From Symbiobacterium thermophilum (GTDB lineage Bacteria; Bacillota; Sulfobacillia; DYFQ01), in assembly GCA_020725105.1 (NCBI GenBank), contig DYFQ01000003.1, forward strand, positions 12,136-76,135: DNA of 64,000 nt. Direction: 5' to 3'. Shown one piece after another: positions 1 to 6,241 of the stretch (position 1 is its first letter; the number at the start of each line of letters is the position of its first letter). The translations under genes and the position numbers were made by a program. Under the pieces are notes generated by a model that did no database searches, had not been told where the DNA came from, and saw nothing but the letters and a program-made list of their open reading frames with translations.

Positions 1-183
1 GTCCAGGAGGCCCAGCTCCTCGGCCAGTTCGAACTTGAGCACCTCGGCCGGGTTGTCGGGATCCGGTTCCAGCTTCTCCTCGGGCTTCCGCTTGCGCTTC
101 TTTCCGGACCTCCCCCGCCCGCCGCCTCCGCCGTCACCGGCGCCGTCCCGATCCGGCTGCTCCACTCCGTGAGGCCTGACCAT
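1..183 (-). CDS. Small acid-soluble spore protein, alpha/beta-type (runs off the window edge)
   Basis: Not in the ORF track. ATG at 183 after GGAGGTGG. Translates MVRPHG...KKRKRKPEEK...EVLKFELAEELGLLD; KxElAeELGL is the SASP first helix. Confidence 0.75.
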   Translation of the reverse strand, partial: MVRPHGVEQPDRDGAGDGGGGGRGRSGKKRKRKPEEKLEPDPDNPAEVLKFELAEELGLLD

Positions 184-254
184 GCCACCACCTCCCCGGG
201 GTAGTCTCCCCAGCGATTGCCAGCCAATCCAGGACATCTCGCGCCGGCCGCCGG

Positions 255-300
255 AAAGGAACGCCGCCCGGTACCCGGTACGGCCGGGCTCCGGGCGGCG
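255..300 (-). terminator. Probable intrinsic terminator after the 26-aa peptide gene
   Basis: Minus-strand stem CGCCGCCCGG...CCGGGCGGCG followed by TTCCTTT. Confidence 0.55.
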
Positions 301-327
301 ACCCCAGAGGTTCAGTCTCGGTTCCGG

Positions 328-408
328 CTACCTCCACTTCAGCCAGGCTCCGCTGGTGAGGACCAGCGCCGCCAGCACGCCGAGAAGATACAGGGCCCGC
401 CACCGCAA
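328..408 (-). CDS. Unannotated 26-aa signal-peptide-like protein MRWRALYLLGVLAALVLTSGAWLKWR
   Basis: RBS GGAGGTGA 5 nt before TTG; stop TAG at 328-330; basic N-region, hydrophobic core, SGA, then WLKWR; downstream terminator. Confidence 0.7.
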   Translation of the reverse strand: MRWRALYLLGVLAALVLTSGAWLKWR

Positions 409-453
409 CCGGGTCACCTCCCCTCAACTCCTGCGCTGCCTCCTCCCCGCGGG

Positions 454-488
454 AAAAGGGGCCCCCGGGGGGCCTGCCGGCCCCCCGG
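454..488 (-). terminator. Possible terminator after the HD-GYP gene
   Basis: Hairpin CCGGGGGGCC-GGCA-GGCCCCCCGG, with TTTT 7 nt later (imperfect spacing). Confidence 0.35.
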
Positions 489-548
489 AAGGCTAGCGGG
501 GATGGGGGCTGGCGAACTCCTCCAACGCTACGGCCATGTCCACCGGCC

Positions 549-1748
549 TCACCGGTCCAGAACTTCCACGATGAACCTGGTCTGGTGCTCCCTGGCCGCC
601 AGGTCCAGCTTGTAGAAGCTGGTCGGCAGCCGTCCATAGGCGTCCCGGACCACCCGGATCACCGGGCGGACCAGCGGAATGACCCCGACCTCTTCCACGA
701 TGCCCTCTTCCCCCGTGCTGAGCCGCACCTTGGTGCCGACCGGGTAGGGGACCACCGTAGCGCAGAAGCTTTGAACCAGCTGGTAGTCGAACTCGAAGCC
801 GGCTCCGGCCATGAGAAAGTCCAGCGCCTCGTGGGGCAGCAGGCGGCGGCGGTGAGGCCGGTCCGACACCAGCGACGTGTACACGTCGGCCAGCGCCACC
901 AGGCGGGCCGAGACGTGGATCTCCTCGCCGCGCAGGCCCTGAGGGTAGCCGGAGCCGTCGTACCGCTCGTGATGCTGCAGCGCGATGGCCTTGGCGAAGG
1001 GAGAGAACCGCTGGTTCGCCTCGAGGATCCGGACGGTGCCGACGGGGTGCCGCCGGACCAGCTCCAGTTCCTGACGGGTGAGGCTTCCCGGCTTCCGACG
1101 AACCTCCCTGGGCACCAGGGCCATGCCCAGGTCGCAGAGAAGCGCGCCCAGACCGATGTCGAACACGCGCAGCCCGAGGCCGTAGTTCTTGGCCAGCGCC
1201 ATGGACACCACGGCCGTGTTGAGCGAGTGAACCACCAGGTGATCCTTGAGGTACTCCTCAAGGCTCCGGTGGCTGACCAGATTGACCACCTTGGAGTTGT
1301 GGTAGGCCAGGTCAAGCTGGATTTCTTTCACCACCGCCGCGATCTCGCGGTGGGGCAGCTCGACCTCGTCGGCGGCCCCGGCCGCTTCTACCTGCTCGAA
1401 GACGCGCCTCAAGAGGTTGACCGCGGCCCAGCGGGTCTCGTCGGAGATGGGCTCGTCCTTCTGGATGGTTCGTTCTTCCCGCCGGGGCGACGCGTGCACG
1501 TACACTTCGGGCACGCCAGCTTCCAGCAGCCGCCGGATGTGCTCCGTCGTCAGCTCGCGGCCGTCGGCGAACAGGTAGACCCCGTCCGAGGTGAACACGG
1601 GCCGGGCCAGCCGGGTTCCCGGGGCCAGGCTCGCCGTGGCCACCCGCATGACGGGCCGGGTCTGGTCGGCGCCCGTCCAGCCGTCCGCCGCCAGATCCGG
1701 CTCGCCGGGCTCAAACATGTCGGCCGGCTCGTGTATTGACCGCTGCAT
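549..1748 (-). CDS. HD-GYP domain protein with a degenerate active site (HD->CD); start uncertain
   Basis: HSLN, LLCDLGM (canonical LLHDIGK), HHERYDGSGYP, ADVYTSL, RPHR, and a C-terminal YPVGT..V.LS.GE module. Confidence 0.85.
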   Translation of the reverse strand: MQRSIHEPADMFEPGEPDLAADGWTGADQTRPVMRVATASLAPGTRLARPVFTSDGVYLFADGRELTTEHIRRLLEAGVPEVYVHASPRREERTIQKDEPISDETRWAAVNLLRRVFEQVEAAGAADEVELPHREIAAVVKEIQLDLAYHNSKVVNLVSHRSLEEYLKDHLVVHSLNTAVVSMALAKNYGLGLRVFDIGLGALLCDLGMALVPREVRRKPGSLTRQELELVRRHPVGTVRILEANQRFSPFAKAIALQHHERYDGSGYPQGLRGEEIHVSARLVALADVYTSLVSDRPHRRRLLPHEALDFLMAGAGFEFDYQLVQSFCATVVPYPVGTKVRLSTGEEGIVEEVGVIPLVRPVIRVVRDAYGRLPTSFYKLDLAAREHQTRFIVEVLDR

Positions 1749-2106
1749 CCTGGCTCACCAGCCGTTCCAGGGAGGCCAGCAACTTCTCGGGCCGGAAGGG
1801 TTTCAGGATGAAATCCCTGGCGCCGGCCCGCAGCGCTTCGACGACCATCGTCTGGTGGCCCATGGCGCTGCAGATGACGATCCTGGCCTGGGGATCCATC
1901 CGCCTGATCTCCTTGACCACTTCGATCCCGTCCATGGCCGGCAGCGTGATCTTCAGCAGCCCCACGTCCGGCCGCAGGCGCTGGTACCGTTCGAGCGCCT
2001 CCTGACCGTCCTCGGCCTCGTCCACCGTGTACCCCCGTTCCCTCAGGAAACGGCTGTACCGGGTGCGGGTGAAGCGACCGTGGTCCACCAGCAAGATCTT
2101 CGCCAT
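1711..2106 (-). CDS. CheY-like single receiver domain lacking the phosphoacceptor Asp
   Basis: Aligns by eye end to end with Bacillus CheY (EAEDG, MDGI, CSAMGHQTMV, AGARDFILKPF) but has VDH and LLKITLP. Confidence 0.85.
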   Translation of the reverse strand: MAKILLVDHGRFTRTRYSRFLRERGYTVDEAEDGQEALERYQRLRPDVGLLKITLPAMDGIEVVKEIRRMDPQARIVICSAMGHQTMVVEALRAGARDFILKPFRPEKLLASLERLVSQDAAVNTRAGRHV

Positions 2107-2196
2107 CACGCATCCCCCGCCGGGCAGGGAGGGTGGCCTCGGCCCCCCGGACCACACCGGCCCGACCCTGGGGCCACCCCTTCCCGCCTCCGTCTT

Positions 2197-2700
2197 CTAG
2201 TACTCCTCACCCACGATCACCTTGAGAGCCTTCATCGCCTCGGTCCAGAGGATCGAGCCGTCACGCAGGTACGAGCCGGGCGTCGGCTTGCCTTCGATCT
2301 GCAGGATCGACGCTGCCCGCAGCCTGGCCTCGATCCACGGGACGGACTCGATCCACGGGATGCTGGTCATGTCCACCGTGTTCGAGGTGCCGTCCGGCCG
2401 CGTGATCGTGACCAGGTTGGTGTTGTCCCCAAGGTTCGAGTAGACGGGCCGGTAGGCGTCCAGGTACCCGGCGCCCTGGACCGTCGCGTCGAAACCCCGG
2501 TCCTCGGCCGTCCCCTTCAACCGATTCTTCACCTGGTTGAGGGTGAGGCTCGGGTCGCGTTCCAGCATGAGCGCGACGGTGCCAGCCGTGAAGTCGGCCG
2601 CCTGCCGAACGCCGCGCTCGCCCCCGTGGCCGACCCCAGGCTCAGGAGCACCAGAGACAAGACCAGTGTCAGCGCCAAAAGCCGCCTGATCTTTTCTCAG
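2197..2700 (-). pseudogene. Remnant of a secreted S8 (subtilisin) protease: frameshifted signal peptide joined to the C-terminal part
   Basis: RBS GGAGGTGA then CTG. Signal peptide KIRRLLALTLVLSLVLLSLGSATGASA lies in a shifted frame. AGTVALMLERDPSLTLNQVKNRLKGTA..QGAGYLDA matches the post-catalytic-Ser part of subtilases. No catalytic triad. Confidence 0.75.
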
Positions 2701-2730
2701 GTTCCGCTCACCTCCCCGCCCAGGATTCCC

Positions 2731-2784
2731 TCAGAGCCACGAGATGATCTTCTCCAGCAGGCCGTACAGGAGCCGTTGGAGCAC
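2731..2784 (-). CDS. Unannotated 17-aa peptide MLQRLLYGLLEKIISWL
   Basis: Strong RBS GGGGAGGTGG 6 nt before GTG; stop is followed shortly by the protease RBS. Confidence 0.5.
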   Translation of the reverse strand: MLQRLLYGLLEKIISWL

Positions 2785-2914
2785 CGGGCTCCACCTCCCC
2801 ATTGCCGCGGGTTGCGCACGGTGGCCACGGAGCCACCTGACGTTCCGGTTGACGCCTGAGCTGGACGCATCGCCGGAGCGGAAGGGCCGAATGCTCCCTG
2901 ACCTCGCCCAGCGA

Positions 2915-3151
2915 TCACCTTCCACTGACGTCGTGCACCAACGCCGCCCGGTGGATGGTCCGGATCGTGGTCGGGTCCAGGCCCAGTTCCCGCGCCAGTT
3001 CCACGGCGAAGTGCTCCACCCGGGTGGAGTGGCCGTAGGTGTGCGGGTCCTTGGCGTTCACCAGGTAGGAGAGGGCCCGGATGATTGCCGGGGTCGAACC
3101 GCCATCAGCGGTGTCTCTTGTCGGTGGCTCCCGACGGCGCCGGATAATCAT
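2915..3151 (-). pseudogene. Truncated HD-GYP phosphodiesterase fragment
   Basis: IRALSYLVNAKDPHTYGHSTRV...ARELGL...AALVHDV, then a stop 3 codons later; no GYP half follows. Confidence 0.8.
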
Positions 3152-3167
3152 GGCACCACATACACGT

Positions 3168-3183
3168 TGCAAGAGTCGTGCCA
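3168..3183 (-). promoter_or_regulatory. Sigma-54 -24/-12 promoter
   Basis: TGGCACGACTCTTGCA matches the TGGCACG-N4-TTGCW consensus exactly. Confidence 0.9.
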
Positions 3184-3278
3184 GCGGGAAAGCATCCGCC
3201 GGACGGCGGGGGTGAGGGAAACTACTGCTAGAAGCCGCGAGGCTCGAGGCTCGGGGGCTGCTCAGGGGCTCCCGGAGG

Positions 3279-3332
3279 TGTCCGGATTCCGGACATGTCC
3301 GGTTTCCGGACACCCTGTCCGGAGACCGGACA
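3279..3332. promoter_or_regulatory. Three palindromic enhancer (UAS) sites, TGTCCGG-N3-CCGGACA
   Basis: Perfect copies at 3279-3295, 3296-3312 and 3316-3332, about 120-175 bp upstream of the predicted sigma-54 start and directly after the activator stop codon. Confidence 0.8.
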
Positions 3333-3334
3333 CT

Positions 3335-5026
3335 CTACCCGGTCAGCCCGTACCGGGAGAGCTTCTCGTAGAAGCTGGAACGGGCGAGGCCCAGGATGCG
3401 GGCGGTCTTGGCCTTGTTCTGGCCGGTGGCTTCCATTATTCGCGCGATCAGGTGGCGTTCCACCGTGGCGACAATGTCTTCCAGGGTCCCGCCCTCGGCC
3501 AGTACGGCTGCCACCTCCGCCACCAGCGCCCGCGGCGCCAGCGGGGCGCTGGCGTCGGGCAGCGGGTCGCGCCCCGCCGGCTGACGTGTTCCGGCTTCCC
3601 CGGTGGCGGGCTGCGGGCGGACCTCCAGCAGCAGGGCGGTCAGGTCGTCCACGGGAAGGTCGGCGGAGAGGACGGCCGCGTCCCTGACGACCTCGTCGAG
3701 GGGCAAGCTCTCGACCAGGTCGCCGCCGACGGCGACACCCTCGGCAGCCTCCCGGCCGTTGCCGGAGAGATGGGGCCGCAGGGCCTCGGCGGTCATCACC
3801 AGCCCGTCCGAGAGGAAGTAGGCGCGCTTCACCACGTTCTCCAGTTCGCGGACGTTACCTGGCCAGGGCTGCTCGGCCAGCAGTTCCAGAGCGTCGGGGG
3901 AAAACTGCTTCCGCAGGCCGGCTGCCGCCCCGGGTCCCCGGTTCAGATCCTCCAGCAGCCGCACGGCGATGAGGGGGATGTCCTCGCGCCGGTCCCTCAG
4001 GGGGGGCAGGGTGATGGTGATGACGGCCAGCCGGTAGTAGAGGTCGTCCCGGAAGCGGCCCCGGGCCACCATGGCCTCCAGGTCCTGGTTGGTGGCGGCG
4101 ATGACCCGGACGTCCACGGCGACCGGCCTGAGGCCCCCCACCCGCTCGACCTCCCGCTCCTGCAGGGCCCGGAGCAGCTTGGACTGGAGCGGCAGCGGGA
4201 TGTCGGCCACCTCGTCCAGGAACAAAGTCCCGCCGCTGGCCAGTTCGAAACGGCCCGGTTTGCCCGTCCTGGCCGCGCCGGTGAAGGCGCCGGGCTCGTA
4301 GCCAAATAGCTCGGCCTCGAACAGTTCTCCCGGCACGGCCGAGCAGTTGATGGCCACGAACCGGCCGGCCGAGCGGTCGGACAGGTGGTGTACGGCCCGG
4401 GCGAACAACTCCTTGCCCGTGCCGCTCTCCCCTGTCAGGAGCACCGTCAGGTCGGAGCGGGCAGCCCGGGCGGCCAGACCCTTGGCGTGCCGGATGGCCC
4501 GGGAGACGCCTTCGATGCGCTGGAGTCCCCAATCGCCGTCGTCGTCCCCCCTGGCCTTGTTACCTCCTCTTTCAACCGCCCCGGGCGGGCCGGGTTCCGG
4601 CCGCGCCCCGGCTCCTGCCGCCGGGGCCGGGGCCACTTCAGCGGGCGCGAGCTTCACCAGCAGGCCGTGGCCATTGGGGCCGGCCGGCACCAGGCGTTCC
4701 CGGACCAGCCAGGTGCGGCGGCCCAGGACGGCCAGGCCTTCGCTGGTCCTTTTGTCGCCGCCGGCGCGGCCACCCGCGACGAGGGAGTCTCCCTGCACGT
4801 AGGTGAGCAGGCCCAGCAAGGGGCGGCCGACCAACCGGTCGGGTCGCTCCTGGCACGCCCGGGCAAACGCCTGGTTGGCCCGGATCACCCGTCCCCGTAG
4901 GTCGGCGATGCAGATGGGTTCTGGGACCTGGTCGAAGACGGCGGCAAACAGCGCCACCATCCGGTCGGCCAGTTGCCCTCCCGCCGTCGCGGCGGCCGGC
5001 GGAGCAGCCTTCCCGGCCAAGCTCAA
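3335..5026 (-). CDS. PAS-domain sigma-54-dependent transcriptional activator (bEBP)
   Basis: PAS-like N-terminus, GESGTGKE, GAFTGA, LFLDEV, WPGNVREL, C-terminal Fis HTH (NKAKTARILGLARSSFYEKL). Confidence 0.95.
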   Translation of the reverse strand: MSLAGKAAPPAAATAGGQLADRMVALFAAVFDQVPEPICIADLRGRVIRANQAFARACQERPDRLVGRPLLGLLTYVQGDSLVAGGRAGGDKRTSEGLAVLGRRTWLVRERLVPAGPNGHGLLVKLAPAEVAPAPAAGAGARPEPGPPGAVERGGNKARGDDDGDWGLQRIEGVSRAIRHAKGLAARAARSDLTVLLTGESGTGKELFARAVHHLSDRSAGRFVAINCSAVPGELFEAELFGYEPGAFTGAARTGKPGRFELASGGTLFLDEVADIPLPLQSKLLRALQEREVERVGGLRPVAVDVRVIAATNQDLEAMVARGRFRDDLYYRLAVITITLPPLRDRREDIPLIAVRLLEDLNRGPGAAAGLRKQFSPDALELLAEQPWPGNVRELENVVKRAYFLSDGLVMTAEALRPHLSGNGREAAEGVAVGGDLVESLPLDEVVRDAAVLSADLPVDDLTALLLEVRPQPATGEAGTRQPAGRDPLPDASAPLAPRALVAEVAAVLAEGGTLEDIVATVERHLIARIMEATGQNKAKTARILGLARSSFYEKLSRYGLTG

Positions 5027-5251
5027 CCCTCCTCAGGAACAGAAAGAAGCCAGGAACCACCAGCCTGTCCCTGGCTCGAGTACCGTCCCTGGGTGGACCC
5101 CCGGCCGTGCTACCCCATCCCCGGATTTGCCGGAGGCTCCACGGTGCCGCTCCTCGGCTACGGACACCTTCCCTGGCCGGTTTGCCGTGTCGGCCCTCGC
5201 GGGCCTTTTCCCTCTAACCCTGTTCCACGCCGGCCGTGGCCGCCCGCGGTC

Positions 5252-5632
5252 TCAGGACCGGCGGTCCACCACCGCCGGCTGCGGGTTACCCCCTCGGAGG
5301 CAGGTAAAATAGGCTCGCCCTCCCTGGCGGGCTTGCTCCAGCTTCCGGGAGGCGACCAGCGCCTGCCTCACGGCCTCCCGGAGCAACGCTTCCCCTTCCC
5401 GCTGCAGGGCCAGGAGTTCCCGGGCCACTCCGAGGTCACCCTCGGTCAGGTCGCCCGGCGCCTGGCCCGTTGCGGGCCGATCGGCGAGCATCAGCCCCAG
5501 CCGGGCGATGCCGTCCTCGCGCAGGGCCAGCAACTCCTGGACCTGGTCGGCGTCGGCCACCCGGGCGGCTTCCACCAGCCGCCTCGATGTCAGGTGCAGC
5601 TCCCTGAGCAGCGTCCGCAGGCCCCGGGTCAC
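5252..5632 (-). CDS. FliT-like flagellar chaperone
   Basis: Helical 126-aa protein overlapping the fliS stop; the usual fliT position. Confidence 0.5.
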   Translation of the reverse strand: MTRGLRTLLRELHLTSRRLVEAARVADADQVQELLALREDGIARLGLMLADRPATGQAPGDLTEGDLGVARELLALQREGEALLREAVRQALVASRKLEQARQGGRAYFTCLRGGNPQPAVVDRRS

Positions 5633-6090
5633 GGTTGCACCTCCCCCGAGGCGCCCGGGGCGACGGTAACCATCACCCCGGAAGAGCGCTCCTCCTGGTG
5701 GGCCGCCCGGTGTGAGGCCCGCAAGCGGGCCACCAGTTCGGTCCAGGTGGCCCGCAGTTCACGGGTGTACCCGAGCACCTCGGCCACGGGCTCAGGATCC
5801 TTTCTGAGGTTCGCCTCCACGAGCCGCCGCTGCATGTACGCGTACAGGGCGTCCAGGTTCCCGGCGACGGCTCCGGCGTCGGCGTTGAGGGCGCCCTGGA
5901 GTTCCTGGATGATGCCCTGGGCCCTGACGATGGCCGCCGAGGCCCGGTCGTGCCTGGCTTCCTCGAGGGCGGCCAGGGCCATGCTCAACCGGGTGACCAG
6001 GCCGTCAAAGGCCAGCAGCACCAACCCCTCCGGAGTGGACGTCTGCACCTGGGTGAGTCTGTACTGCTCGTACGGGCTGGGCGTGGCCAT
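5629..6090 (-). CDS. fliS: Flagellin export chaperone FliS
   Basis: YRLTQVQTSTPEGLVLL, AQGIIQELQGALN, NLDALYAYM..RLVEAN; ATG with RBS at 6090. Confidence 0.93.
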   Translation of the reverse strand: MATPSPYEQYRLTQVQTSTPEGLVLLAFDGLVTRLSMALAALEEARHDRASAAIVRAQGIIQELQGALNADAGAVAGNLDALYAYMQRRLVEANLRKDPEPVAEVLGYTRELRATWTELVARLRASHRAAHQEERSSGVMVTVAPGASGEVQP

Positions 6091-6169
6091 TGTGGTACTC
6101 CCTCCCTGGAGTCCTCGAGTGTCCCCGCCTGGATACTGAACGCCGCTCAGCAACGGCACCTCGCTATCT

Positions 6170-6197
6170 GTGTCGGCAACCGCAACCCAAAACTTGA
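6170..6197 (-). promoter_or_regulatory. Sigma-28 promoter for fliS-fliT
   Basis: TCAA-N16-GCCGACAC. Confidence 0.6.
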
Positions 6198-6241
6198 ACG
6201 CTGACCGGGGCGCGCCGGCCCGGCCCGGGCGCGAAGGCCGC

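Noticed and set aside
3151-3171. Plus-strand TGGCAC...TTGCA as a divergent sigma-54 promoter
   Set aside because: The GG-to-GC spacing is too long for sigma-54.
3279-3332. Short palindromic repeats as a possible mini-CRISPR
   Set aside because: 17-bp units with 0-3 bp gaps, no spacers and no cas genes; better explained as bEBP enhancer sites.
5120-5216. GGCAAACC and GCCGACAC upstream of the bEBP gene, as a riboswitch or sigma-28 promoter
   Set aside because: The GEMM core (GAAA loop, CGCAAAGC) is missing, and there is no TAAA-like -35 at 16-nt spacing.
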